Positions 51,457 to 64,000 of a DNA stretch of 64,000 bases are shown here, piece by piece. The position numbers and the translations under genes are program-made. Numbering within the stretch: the first letter of the stretch is position 1; each line of letters begins with the position of its first letter. This DNA is from Callorhinchus milii (taxonomy: Eukaryota), in assembly GCF_018977255.1 (NCBI RefSeq), contig NW_024704742.1, positions 30,816,001 through 30,880,000 of the forward strand. The letters run 5' to 3'. Under the pieces are notes generated by a model, which saw nothing but the letters and a program-made list of their open reading frames with translations, made no database searches and was not told the DNA's origin.

Positions 51457-52149
51457 TAAAGCTGCTGAAACTCTGGTCCACGCCTTTATCTCCTCGAGGC
51501 TGGACTATGGGAACTCTCTCCTCGCCGGCCTTCCCGGCTCCTCCCTCCACAAGCTGCAGGTCATTCAGAACTCTGCAGCTCGTGTACTGTCCCGCACCAG
51601 ACTTCGCGACCACATCACTCCCACCCTCGCTCACCTCCACTGGCTCCCCATCCCCCAGAGGATTGATTTCAAGATCCTCATCCTCGCCTACAAGGCCATT
51701 CACGGCCTTTCTCCCTCCTACCTCTCCGACCTACTATCCTCTATCTACCTGCCCGTACCCTCCGTTCCTCTGGCTCCGGTCTGCTCCACATCCCCCGCCC
51801 CAACCGCCCTACCATCGGTGGCCGGGCCTTCAGCCTCTCAGCCCCGAGGCTCTGGAACTCTATCCCCCAGTGCCTTCGCCGCCTCCTCCCTCTCCTCCTT
51901 CAAGGCCGGTCTCAAGACCTTTCTCTTTGACCGTGCCTTCAGCTCCCCTCTCGACTCTCTTCCTCCTCCTCGCTCCCTCCCTTCCCTCCCCTCACCCTGA
52001 CCATTTACCCCCTCCTCGCTCCCTCCCTTCCCTCCCCTCACCCTGACCATTTCCCCCCTGCTCGGGTCCTGACCCAACTGTCCAGCGCCTTGGGACGTCC
52101 TCCCGACGTGAAAGGCGCTCAATAAATGGAATCTTGTTGTTGTTGTTGT
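51457..52149 (+). mobile_element. 5'-truncated L2 LINE inserted inside a SINE 3' part
   Basis: [21 protein letters not shown]...[15 protein letters not shown], stem-loop and (TTG)n tail; SINE sequence at about 51360-51455 resumes at 52150. Confidence 0.93.
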
Positions 52150-53184
52150 ATATTCTGTGAAGCGCTTTGAGACGTCTCAGTGATGTGATGAGTCGCTATA
52201 TCAAAGGCAAGGATTAGTATTATTTGATTCAGTGGGAATATTCTACCTCATTTTTTAAAAAAATTCTTTTGATCGATTTATTTCACTCTAAAGTTGAAGT
52301 ATGCTAATGAATAGATTTTACACAGCCGGCACACAGTGTTGATTCCCATACCAGCCAGTCATTCGTGCAGTCTCTTCAGATTTAATGTGTGTACATGGAG
52401 GGGGAGGGTTGGGTTGAAAGGTTATTGTATGTTGGAGAATCCTACCCACTGAGAAATTGGTTCGAGACCAGCCAAACTCTTTTCCCTGAAGATTGTTGCT
52501 TAGTCTTGAGTTCTGTCAGTCTGGGCTGTGTTCAAACACGGGTCTGATAGGGTTTTGCTCTAGCCAGCCAGCCCCTGGAGGTCTAATGTCGTGTTCTGCT
52601 ACAGATTGAGTAGATTTATTTTACCAATAATTTTATTGAAAGCTATTTAAGAACTTAACTCCAGCAAAGAAAAATTACTTAACAGTCATTTGAACAGGAA
52701 AATAGTCTCGGATTTTGGGACGTTTGTGCTAATCTGCAGTGTGCAGTGTGATGTGAAGTTTGGAAGTAAGGTGCCGCATTACATTGTGCCCAGCAAAGGC
52801 CAAGAGCGAGAAACAGCCTTATTTTCTTCTGAGGCTTTTGTTTAGTTTAGAGTTGGTGTAGCCTGTAATTGAAGTTTATTCAAGGGGTGGCTTCAGTACT
52901 TTTGGCACTTATTTTGGGATTACTCAGAAGGTCAAGCAGCCAAACCAACCCATATTGGATCCCACACTGAACAACTCATTACTCCTTACCTATAGAATTT
53001 CTCCAGAACTGTTATCTTTTTTTCAGTGAAGTTCTCATGACATGTGATTTTTCACATGAGCCTTGTTTTAATCCTAGAGTAATCACAAATAATCCTGGTT
53101 TGACAAGTATTGGATTTAGACTCTTGACACGTACGTGCACCCAACCTATGTTGGTAATGGTATGTTCACATTTGTGAGAAATCT

Positions 53185-53499
53185 GGAGTCCTGTAGCTCA
53201 GTGGTTAGAGCACTCGCTTTGCAAGCGAGAGAGCTGAGTTCAATTCCAGGCAGGGCGAAACCTTGGGTAAGTTTCCTTACTCCACACGCCTAATAATAAT
53301 CCCTCCAAAACCAAAAACAATAATAAATTGGTCATTTTCAATCTACGTCTGTTTGTGGGACATTGCTGTGCGCAATTGGCTGCCGCGTTTGCCCACAAAT
53401 ATTCAGTCAATTCACTTTCCAGTGTGTTCTGTGAAGCGCTTTGGGACGTCCTCCCGACGTGAAAAGCGCTATATCAAATGCAAGTATTATTATTATTAT
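53185..53499 (+). mobile_element. Family A SINE, full length, TSD AAATCT
   Basis: AAATCT at 53179-53184 and 53500-53505 flanks GGAGTCCTGTAGCTC...TATTATTAT. Confidence 0.95.
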
Positions 53500-56400
53500 A
53501 AATCTGTAAATCCTGGAGGGCCTTGAAGGCATTTGTGGAGACAACAACAACAGCTTGTGTTTATACAGCGCCATTCATGCAGGATTGTGTGTCGGTTTGC
53601 TGCACAGTGGCAGACTGGGGCGACGAACCTTGGAGAAGGGGAAGTGACCATAGGTGCAGTCGAAGAGGTAAGTCTTAAGGTTGTGAATTTAAAGAGTTAC
53701 AGAGGCATAGAGGGTGAAGGCACAGTCACCAGTGGTAGAACGGAGGAGTCTGGGGACGAGCAGCAAGTCTGTCTTACTGGAGTGAAAGAAGATTTGTAAT
53801 TCAATCAGTATTGAACTGTATTGATTATTTACTGTACTTTGAATTCACCGTGTTTGCTTTTGACTGCTGCACATTGTGGAACGTTGGAATGATCTCTTGT
53901 ACTGTAAGTGGTTTTGTCCTTCAGCTTCCCAGCTGTTAAAATACTGACAATTAACAAAAGCCTGAAGGAATGAGCATTTAATGCATTCCCAGGTGGAAGA
54001 ACCACATATTGGTGGTGGTGGGAAGGGGGGAAAAGTGGGGGAGAGAGGAGGGGGTTAAGTCAGGGGAGACGAGTGGAGGGAGAGAAAGATCACTTGGTTT
54101 TTTGATAGTTCATCATCCTCGAATGGTTTGGCAAAAAAAACTTAAATTACAGGAATTGATCTACAGTGCAAAAGAACAGAAGATTGCTTTAATTATAACT
54201 TGGCACTTAACACAGCCTCTGGTGAGGGGAGGTAAACTTGTCGCTTATTTTATAGAGCAATGTTTGCAAACACTCCTATAGCCTTCACAAATCATTGCCC
54301 TTCCCTTCAGTGTGGGCGAAGCACTGGAGGGAATCATTCAATTTCAGTGAATTGTCAACAGCCGGGCCAGAACTTCACAATCACACCCTGGTCACAGGAT
54401 GCGGGATGTTCTGGGGTCTGTTTTGCTGGAATAAGATGGCGAAACCTATTTTATCAAAGAAATAATTTTTTTCTTTTACTGGTTCTGAAAGTGCACCGAA
54501 AGAAGATGACTGTCTAGAGTCGCTGATTGAGAGGGTATCTGATGGAGGTTTTTAAACTTAAATTTATATTTAAGATTATGATTAACATTACGGTCAACTC
54601 CCACCCCACCCAGCCCCACCCCCACCCCTGGGCTCGGGTTGTGCTCCGCGCTTTGGGAAACTCCCCTGCGTGAGGGGTGGTATATAAACACAAGTTGTCG
54701 TTGTTATCCTGCGTGAAAGATGTTATATAACATTGATGTGTTAATCAAAAGTGAAGTTGAGGCTATATAAGGAACTAAGTGTGCAATACATTTTTTAAAA
54801 GCCCAATTCTAAAGCAGTTTTAGCTTAACATGTGCTAACGTGCCGTGGCGATAATGTGCTTGAATTTTTTTTAAAAAAATGTTTTTTGGTCAGGTGTCTG
54901 TATCCAAACCAGTGTGAATGCCACCTACACATGGTCATTTCCCTGTATCTGTAATGGAATGCGCACTCCCTGGAGGGGGACGTAACCTGCTTATCTAATA
55001 CCAGAGAGTGTTAGGCACAGATTGACAAGAGGCAAGGCTTGTGCTCTGCAGAGTGTGCGTTATGGGTACTGCTGGAGTTTAATCAGCTAAAACCTCATAA
55101 TCTACCATTGACAGCGCTGTCTAGCAAGTCTCGCTCAAGAACAGGACTCCGAGACCGCAACAGTGGATTGATTTGTTTCTTCCGTACTGTGGCCAAGCAT
55201 GTCACCAGTTTTTTTTTCCATACATTGTACAGCTGAATGGTTATGTTCATGCTGCTTTACACAAGGAGGGAGATTAGATGTGAGCTACAAGCTAGTGATT
55301 ACCATCGTTTTCAGTATCTCGGTGAAACAACATGTAAAATGGAAATTCCTTTACAAGCAAACAGGAAGTCAGCGAGCGGTTCAGTGAACAAGGTGACACC
55401 TGAATCCTGAAGAACCAATGCCAGAGTGGACTAGGATTCCTTATTAGGATTTGTCTGGTTATTTCCTTCACAATACTTGTCTCAATGCAGGGAACTGTTG
55501 TCTTCAGGAAGTGTACACCTTTCATCCACCAGTAATACCAGGACAGTTACCATCACCAGTACTTGAGTGTCATGGTGAAGGGAGGGTACAAATATATAAA
55601 TTTGGTCACTCAATCCACGACTGTTTGTGGGGCACTGCTGTGCGCAATTGTCTGCCTCATTTCGCCCACAAAATACGCTGACTACACTTTACAGTATATT
55701 CTGTGAAGCTTTTTGCGATGTCTCAACGACATAATAAGATCCTATATCAAATGCAAGGTTTGTTTTGATATAATAGTTGCGAGCGGTAACAAAAAAAACT
55801 TCAGTAGATGTTTCACATCTTGTGTCTTCCCAGAGCACCAATTTACTGTGATGAGATTTTGATAAGTCCGTGTTCAAATGCAGTTTAGACTATCCTATCT
55901 CTACATTTCTGTTCCCGCTGTCGTGTCCTTCCAGTCTGTTTATGAAATTTCACATCTGTTTGCTGTTCTGAAATGGAAGAAAAATCTGGATACAATTTGT
56001 TAGGAATCTGCGCACAATTCTGAAATAGTTGTCAGTAAGTTTACCGTTGGAAATCTATCGATTTTGTACAATTGCAGCTGGGTCAAATGTGTCAAGTCGT
56101 GTTGCAACATTTTTTGTTAAAGAAAAGTCCAATCCTACTGTTCAGTGCTGTTGGGTGAATTTTGCAGCTTCTCTGAATTAGGCCATTTATGATCCTATGT
56201 AAAAGGATATTTCTCCTGATGTCCTGGCCAACAATCCTCTAGAATAAAATTAGTTATTTACCTCCTGGCTATTTGTGGGGTATTGTGTGCAAAATTGTCT
56301 GCACGTCCGCCATTTGCCTACATATACAATCACAATACTTTACACTAGATGTGATAAGCACAAGTCAAGCGTAAGGATTGCTATCACTTCGAGGTGGAAG

Positions 56401-57009
56401 TACAGTACTTGATTTAAGCAGGATCTGGCACTCAAGCAGTCCGTAACCTTTATAACGCCTTACATTCATCCCGAGTACCTCTTTACACACACTCTGGAGT
56501 TGTGTAATGTGGAAACACAACCAGACTGAGAAGTGTGGTCAGTGCCAAGATTTCCCCTTCCCCTCCTCAGCCATTTACCTATCTCAGTGCAGCTGCACCT
56601 CTGTGTTAGACCGGTTTGTGTTCAGCTGGCGATGAGATGTCAAACCAGCAGTGGATCCTGCTGGCGCAGACGTTTACGTGTGTGCCAGTGTCTGTTGCGG
56701 TTGAAGGTTCTCTGATTGCCAGTGCAATATTTTCTCCCCCAGCTGTTTGGACTTGACACAGTGGCTCTGTCATTTTGCCAATTTATAACTATTTAAGTGC
56801 TGGATTCTTGAGATCTTTGCTCAGTCACACCTCTCAGGACTGATAGCTGGTTGGTTGATGTAGTCGAATTGTTATTGCTAAGTGCACCCAAAGCAATATT
56901 TGCTGCGGTTTGTTTTCTTTTTTTCCTTCTTTAGTCTCTTTGTTGTGTAAAATGCTGAGGCTGCAGTTTGACAGCTTTCAATTTGAGCACTGGAGTCATT
57001 TTCAGCTTC

Positions 57010-57390
57010 AAAGTCCTCTTGCTCCCCGCTACCTCTGCGAACACCTAATCCCCTACCGTTCTGCCCACGCCCTCCGCTCAGCGGGCTCTGGCCTGCTTCA
57101 CGTCCCCCGCCTCTCCCGACTCACCATTGGCGGGCGGGCCTTCTGCCACTCTGCCCCCACCCTCTGTAACTCCATCCTGCGGTCCCTCAGTCGTGACCCC
57201 TCCCTTGCCTCCTTCAAGACCCATCTCAAGACCTTCCTCTCTGATTGTGTTTTCGATCACCCTCCTTTCCCACCCTGCCCTCCACCCTCCCCAAACTCGA
57301 CCCCCAGCTCGGGCCCAAAACACTGACTGTCCAGCGCCCTGGGACGTCCTCCCAACTTGAAAGGCCCTATACAAGTGTAATTTTGTTGTT
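57010..57390 (+). mobile_element. L2 3' fragment
   Basis: LRSAGSGLLHVPR...GGRAFCHSAPTL, tail GGGACGTCCTCCCAACTTGAAAGGCCCTAT...TTGTTG. Confidence 0.88.
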
Positions 57391-58039
57391 ATATGAGTTT
57401 CAGAGTTATGTTCGCCCACAAAACACACAATCCCTACACATTACAGTAAATCCTGTGAAGTGCTTTGAGACATCTAAAAAAACACTATATCAAATTAATA
57501 TTATTTATTATCTCCCAATGTGAAAGGCGCTATATCAAAGGCAAGGATTGTTATTATCTAAGACCTACCACGTGTGGAGGGCGTTGTATAATTACAAGTT
57601 GTTGTTTCTCCAGATAACTATCTAACTATCTTCCCCCATCCACCCCTCCCTTTCCTAGAAACTTCAGAGGATAGGAGATCAGGCTTACTGGTTATGTCAT
57701 TCTCACTGGCCAGACCTTGCGTGAAGAGTGGTTCTAAAGTTACCAGTACTCCTGGAGTCACATGTCAGTCCCAAAGCTCATGAAGTTGGGTTCCTAAGAG
57801 AATTTAATAACCTTAATAATTGATCATATTAATCCTTGTATTTGAAACTACGCCTTTCACGTCCGGAGGTTATCTCAGAGCGCTTCACACGGCTGGCTAG
57901 GCTATGGACAGAATGGCACAGAAGGTACATAGAATATACAGCACAAAAACAGGCCACTCAGATCAACCAGTCTATCCCGGTGTTTACAATTGGCCTCCTT
58001 CTTTGCTGTAGGGGCTGAATGAATGACAAGAAGCAGTAA

Positions 58040-58697
58040 GACTGACAGGATTTACTGTAAAGTGCAGTGACTCTATTTCTAGGTGAATGCAGCAGCCAAT
58101 TTGGGCACAGCAACGTCCCACAAACAGCCATAAGGTGAATGACCATTTTTTTTAACTGGTGGATTGTTGGCCAGGACGCCAGGAGAATCTGTCTTCTCTT
58201 TTTGAATAGTGCCATGGGATCTTTACTGTCTACCTGAACAGGCAGATGGGGCCTTGGTTTAACATCTCCCTAGAAGAACGACCGCTCTGAATTTGCAACC
58301 ATTCCCCCACCCCACATTGGAGTATCAGCTTAAAATCCCAAATGGGGCTTGAACCCACAACCTTCTGATTCAGAGGTGAGAATAATAATAATAATAATCC
58401 TTGCATTTGATATAACGTTTTTCACATGTTCTAGACGTCTCAAGACACCTCACAGATATACTGTAAAGTGAATTGACTGTATATTTGTGGGCGAAACACG
58501 ATAGCCAATTGTCCCACAGACAGTGGTGGATTGAAAATGACCAATTTATTATTGTTTTTTGTTTCGGAGGGATTGTTATTAGGTGTGTGGAGTAAGGAAA
58601 CTTGCCCAAGGTTTCGCCCTTGCAAGGCTTGCAAGACGAGTGCTCTAACCACTGAGATGCAGGACTCCTCCGATGTTACCAACTAAGCCAGGCTGAC
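58040..58697 (-). mobile_element. Family C DeuSINE (host of the family A copy at 58381)
   Basis: Deu domain at about 58150-58330 and a split head. Confidence 0.8.
58381..58668 (-). mobile_element. Family A SINE nested in the head of an older DeuSINE
   Basis: The host DeuSINE head is split between about 58380 and about 58670. Confidence 0.88.
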
Positions 58698-59499
58698 GCT
58701 TAAACGTACAGCAAACCAGGTCAAAAGGTCATTTTGACTCCATTTACAAATCTGCTGAATTCTGGATGCTCTGAAATGCTAAGGAAATGAGTAATTCAGG
58801 AACTTCTTGCCCCCACTCCCCTTCCCACCACCACATCACCATTATTTGACCACACACAACTGTTGCTGAGGACTGTTGATACCTTCGTGTCCCATTGCTC
58901 TTCCTCTTCAACGTCCTCTCCAGGGCAGGGATTAAACATTTCATGCAGAAATCCTCAAAAAAGACGCGAACCCCAGCCACAGGGCAATCTGCCTGTATAG
59001 TCATGAGCCACTCTTTTTTTCATTGACTAGTTTTTGACCTTTTAAGATTTTACAGGGTTTTTCTAAAAAAAAATAACTGCTGGGATGAACCAGGCTTTTT
59101 TTGGCTGGTTCTCTTTGAACTGCCTCCAGCACCGACTACACAGATTGGACATATTGCATTATTTTACTCTTTAAATGACTACAGTACTTGCTTTGGCAGC
59201 CTCCCCTTTCAACCACGGAGCCTGTACTGTGTTCCTGGTCCACAAGGCTCCGAGTGCTGGCTGTTGTCTTGTCTTCTTGTACAGTTTGTGTTTTACATGT
59301 CAGTGGTTGGTTACAACCTACACTACTGCCAGACTTTGTGTACATGCTTTTTAGTGCACATTTAAAGCACATTTTTCAGCACATTTTCCAGCACCTTGGG
59401 ATGTGCTCCCAATGTGAAAGGCACTATATAAATGTAATTTTGCTGCTATTGTTGTTGTTGTTGCTTACTTGCACATAATAATAATATAGTAATAATAGT

Positions 59500-59873
59500 A
59501 AAATAAAATAATCCTTACATATGGTAAAGCACCTTTCTCAAAGCGCTTCACAGGCTATGCTATAAAGTGGAGTGACTGTATTTTTTAGATGAATGCGGTA
59601 GCTGATTTGCTAAAGTGAATGACTAATTCTATCTACAGGATTGTTGGCCAGGGCACTTTCTCTTTTTGAATAATTCCATGGGAACATCCACTTGAACAGG
59701 CAGACAGGATCTTGGTTTAATGTCTCATCTGAAGGACGGCATCTCCAGGAATGCAGCTCACCCACTGCACTGGAGTGTCAGCCTCGACTATGAGTTCAAA
59801 GTCCTCAAATGGGCTTTGAACCCACAGCCTTCTGACTCAGAAGCAAGAATGCTACCGATTGAGTCAGGCTGAT
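59500..59873 (-). mobile_element. Family C DeuSINE
   Basis: Tail, Deu domain and head. Confidence 0.8.
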
Positions 59874-62393
59874 ATCTCCTAAGTGCAGGCTTTAAACTGA
59901 ATGAAGATCCTAAACTCTGAATGTGATTTGAACCCTAATAATAATCCTTGCATTTGATATAGCAACTTATCACGTCATTGAGACATCTCACAAGCATGAC
60001 AGTAAATTGACTATATTTTTGGTTGAAAATGTAACAGAATTTTTAAAATGATGAGCCTTGAATGAGCGTTTACTCTCACAATAGTAGTACTATAGTAATA
60101 AGCTTTATTATCCTTATTACTATATCCTTCCATTTGATTATAGAGCCTATAACGACAAAACGTCTCAAAATACTTCACAGCCAATTATTGTAAAGTGTAC
60201 AGACTGTGTTTAGTGGGCAAACACAGCAGCAGCCAATTTTAAGCACAGCAATGTCCCAAAAGAGGCATGAGGTGAATAATTAAATTCTATGGAGAATTGT
60301 CAGCCAGACACAGGGAGAAACTCCCTTCTGGTTTTCAAATAACTCCATAGGATCTTGAATGCCCACCAGAATAGACTTGGTTTAATGTCTTGACTACAAG
60401 TATCAGTGTAACTGAGTAAGGACGTGAGAGCAGTATTTCTTTCTTTTTTTGAGAGAGTCTGTGTGGAGGAGGGCTCAGTGAAATCTCATTGTGGGGGGGG
60501 GGGGGGGGTTGGGGGGGTGCGGTGGAAATGTTCTGTTGGAGAATTAAATAGTTTCTATTTAAAAAACGCTTAGTAGCATCAAGTAACCAGTCTGAGTTTA
60601 GTGAAGACCAGATTAGACCCACACCCTCCCGCTCAATCAGAATCTCAGAAGAGCGCCTACTATTCTGCTATGATTTCCGCAAGTTGAAAAACGAGCACAG
60701 TTTATTATATAACAGCTTAATGTAATGTAATTTGCTGACATCATACGAGCCTGCATCTCAGGAGGTTTCACTGCTTCGCTGGTTAATTTGAATCACTGCA
60801 AAGTGCATCCGTACACTTTGAAGGCAACGAAGCATGGTAATATATTGATGAATACAGCATTCATTCAGGATTTAAAGCAGGTAATTCTGAAGGATTTTTT
60901 AAATATGATTTTAATGTATCCAACTATTTGGACTCACTGCTTCAATAATAGATGGAATATTTAACTAGCAATTTACCCCATCTCTAGTGGAGCAATAGTG
61001 GTGATGGATGCAATTTAGTCAGTACAGTACTGGCACAACTGGAAGATTCGCACAACCGTTCATCTACTGCCTACACCAATTGTAGCAAAAAATTGCTTGC
61101 TTGTCGGAACACAGGAAAACAGGAACAGCAAGAGGCCATTCACTCCGTCAAGCATATTCCATCAGTTTATTAGTATTAGATCTTGACAAATCTTTAAATC
61201 CAATTATCCCCCCTTATAGCATATACTTCTGATACAAGTATCAATGTGTGTGTGTGTCTTTCTGTCTCTATTGATTGATTACATTGTGTCCATTAAACTT
61301 TAAGTGTCTATATTTACGGTCTCAGTTTGTACAACTTCTTTTATTTGTAACCAGTCACAAAGCAAAAATCTTTTTTTTTATCCTGGAAACCCATCACCAT
61401 GCTTAAGAGTATCCAAGCCAAACTGAGATTTCCAGGTATGGCAGCAACACATGGAAATGTCCCTGTGGCTGGAATCTGACCCTGCCTACCTAATGCCGGA
61501 GAGTATTAGGTACAGGTTGGTGAAAGGCAAGGCTTGGGGCCCACAGAGACCAGGTTGGGGTATTTCTGGAGTTCAGTCAACTAAAACTACATTGCTTGCC
61601 ATTGAGAGGACTGCCTGGCAAGCTTCCTGCTGCTTGTCCATCTGGGACCACACTAACTATTGAGGCTTTGGCTTGCAGATTTAACTAAAGCATAGTTACC
61701 TGATCAGAACAAGATAAGAACAAGAACCCTACTCCCAGTGAGTTCCTTCAAATCCCACCGATGAGCCAGGCTACCTGATCCGTCATCAGCAATGCCCTGG
61801 AGTACTGTGGACCCGCCTGCCCCAGGAACCGTCAGTCATATTACAATATGATGTGGGAACATTTGTCTTGCGATCAAATAGGACAAAGCCAAATACATTT
61901 GTCTACAGATATATTTTGCAGATATATTTCACCCAATTTTTTTTAACACCAGCTCACTATTTTATAAATGCAGCCTTTAATTGTGTGGAATACTTTGAGT
62001 GTGTGTGTGTTTATGAGAGTGTTTGTGTGTATAAAAATGAATTAGTTTCTCTGAATGCTGATCTTTGTTCTGTCTAGGGATCGGTGTAATGGACTGTTAG
62101 TGGGATTGCATTTTAAAACCACGCAGATTACCTCATCGCATTAGCCGATGTAGAATTGAGCGCTTGGTGCAGATTTCAAGGCTCTTAAGAATCACTGCAG
62201 CTAAGATGAGACTTTAGAAGGATCCACCGTTTTATCTGGCCGCTGGGATCTGTGCTCAGTGTCAGAATGGTGCACTTATCTGATCAGTGCCTTTTCGTTT
62301 ATTAAACAGGAATCAGGCCTGAATTAGCAGAGTGGAGTGCGGAATGCTTATCTTCTACTGTGTTAACTAATCTTAAAAGGAATCCTCTCCCTT

Positions 62394-62466
62394 TAAGAAC
62401 ATAAGAATTAGGAGCAGGAGTAGGCCATTCAGCCCCTCGAGCCTGCCCCGCCATTCGATAAGATCG
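62394..62466 (-). mobile_element. Short, little-decayed CR1-type 3' terminus
   Basis: AAGAACATAAGAATTAGGAGCAGGAGTAGGCCATTCAGCCCCTCGAGCCTG, the reverse complement of a CR1-type tail. Confidence 0.7.
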
Positions 62467-63179
62467 AATTTTTTAGAGGTAGTTGAATCAGACACTCTTT
62501 ACCAGACACTCCTGTTCAGATCACGGTCTAAGTTACTGTTGCGACTTGGGGTTATTGCTGTTGGGCAGGGTCTAGTTGACTTTATTTGAAGAACAAATAG
62601 CCTTGACTATCTTTGCCCTCTGAATGCTGGCATGTTTGCCATGTTCTCCGATGTGATTTGCGATTTGTTATTTCAATCAATTAGTATTAACCTATTTAAA
62701 TATTATTTAATAATAATTCTTGCATTTTATATATCACCTTATCACATTGTTGAGGCGTCTCAAAGTCCTTCACAGAATATAATGTAAAGTGGATTGACTG
62801 CTTATCTTGTGGGCAAAAGATTCAATATTCAGTGGGTAATGGTGTGATACCTGTTCTTTGTGTTACAGTAACTTGCACCTTACTACGCTTTTCACGTAAG
62901 AAAAGAGAATAAATGTAAAAGAGATTTTAGGAGGAGCTACTTAACGCAGAGGGTAGTGAGATTGTGGAACTTAATATCTGTAGAGGTAGTTGAATCAGAT
63001 AGTAATAGAATGAGCATTCCCTCATTCACATGAGGGTGAGGGGAATACAAAGGATATGAGAGGGAGTAAGGAATGGGTGAAGATTCACCTGCTGTACTAA
63101 CATTGGCATGGACTGGTTGGGCCTGTTTCTGTGTTGTGCATTCTTTGTAAATCATCTCAGAGTGTTTCATACCATTTGA

Positions 63180-63640
63180 AGCCTGAGCAGGGTAGGGGAT
63201 GTGTGGATGAGGGGAGGCAGGAGGGAGGTGGCTTAAGTCAAAGAGGTAGGTTTTTAGGAGGGTTTTGAAAGCAGAAAAGGCAGGTTGCGAAGTGGAAGGG
63301 GTTTAAGAGCATTCCACAGAAAGGCATAATGGCTGAAAGCTCATTTACCAAGTAGTGGGATGGAGGAGGGTCAGGGAACATGAATCAGGCCTGAATTAGC
63401 AGAGTGGAGTGAGCAGAACTGGACCACACAGGTAGGATGGGCAAGGTTGTATTTGAAGGTAAGAAGAAGGGTTTTCACGTTGACCCAATGGGAAACCGGG
63501 AGCAGTGGAGCCTGATGAGATTGAAGGGTGATGAGCTCATGGAGCCTGATACAGGAAAGGATTTCTGAATAAACTTGCGCTTGTAAACTAAACTGGTGAG
63601 GGACTCAGTAGAGATATCACAGGTGACAAAGGCATGAATC
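63180..63640 (-). mobile_element. Old L2 3' fragment
   Basis: G-rich plus strand resembling the reverse complement of the L2 C-terminus and 3' UTR. Confidence 0.6.
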
Positions 63641-64000
63641 CAGATCATCTAACCCACGCAGATGGTGAGTGTACTTTAATTAACCTCAGTGTCCGTGAGG
63701 TCGGGAGGGGGAATTCAGACAGATTCCTGCTATTGATGCCGAACTAGTAATCCTGCCTGGAGAGTGCCTGAGTGCGCAGAGCAGGATTGCATTTGGTTAC
63801 AATATTAATAATAAATAATAATAATAATAATCCTTGCATTTAATATAGTGCCTTATCACATCGTTGAGACGTCTCAAAGCATTTTGCACAATATATTGTG
63901 AAGTGGATTGACTGTGTATTTTGTGGGTGAAATGTGGCAGCTAATTGCACATGGCAGTATCCCATAAACAATCCTGGATTGAGTGACCAAATGTTTTTGT

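Noticed and set aside
4222..53526. Recurring short ORFs such as MGKFPYST... and ...[12 protein letters not shown]
   Set aside because: Translations of SINE copies, not a peptide gene family.
28254..64000. GAB exon 2 (AWK[K/R]RWF[I/V]LRSG...)
   Set aside because: Not seen in the ORF track or by eye; probably beyond the window. A tblastn search would settle it.

Overview
Repeat-dense vertebrate genomic DNA. The repeat content (DeuSINE/SacSINE1-like SINEs, a young tRNA-Ala-headed SINE, L2 and CR1 LINEs, a Penelope-type remnant) points to a cartilaginous fish, possibly a chimaera; this is inferred from repeats, not proven. The only host coding sequence I can support is the 72-nt first coding exon of a GAB-family adaptor (28182-28253, +, [24 protein letters not shown], start of the PH domain; best match GAB2). 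It has a CpG- and microsatellite-rich promoter, and I saw no exon 2 in the remaining ~35.7 kb. The long ORFs in the track are decayed L2 ORF2 pieces or microsatellite artefacts. I found no novel protein-coding system. The most interesting observations are: a LINE/SINE 3' stem-loop with covarying pairs; a near-full-length single-ORF L2 bracketed by inverted (CAA)n/(TTG)n; an unassigned A-tailed retroposon whose promoter-proximal copy is CpG-rich; a minimal hammerhead motif; two locally templated insertions; a locally amplified palindrome in intron 1; and complementary TG/CA arrays flanking the GAB exon. Repeat boundaries were read by eye and are approximate.
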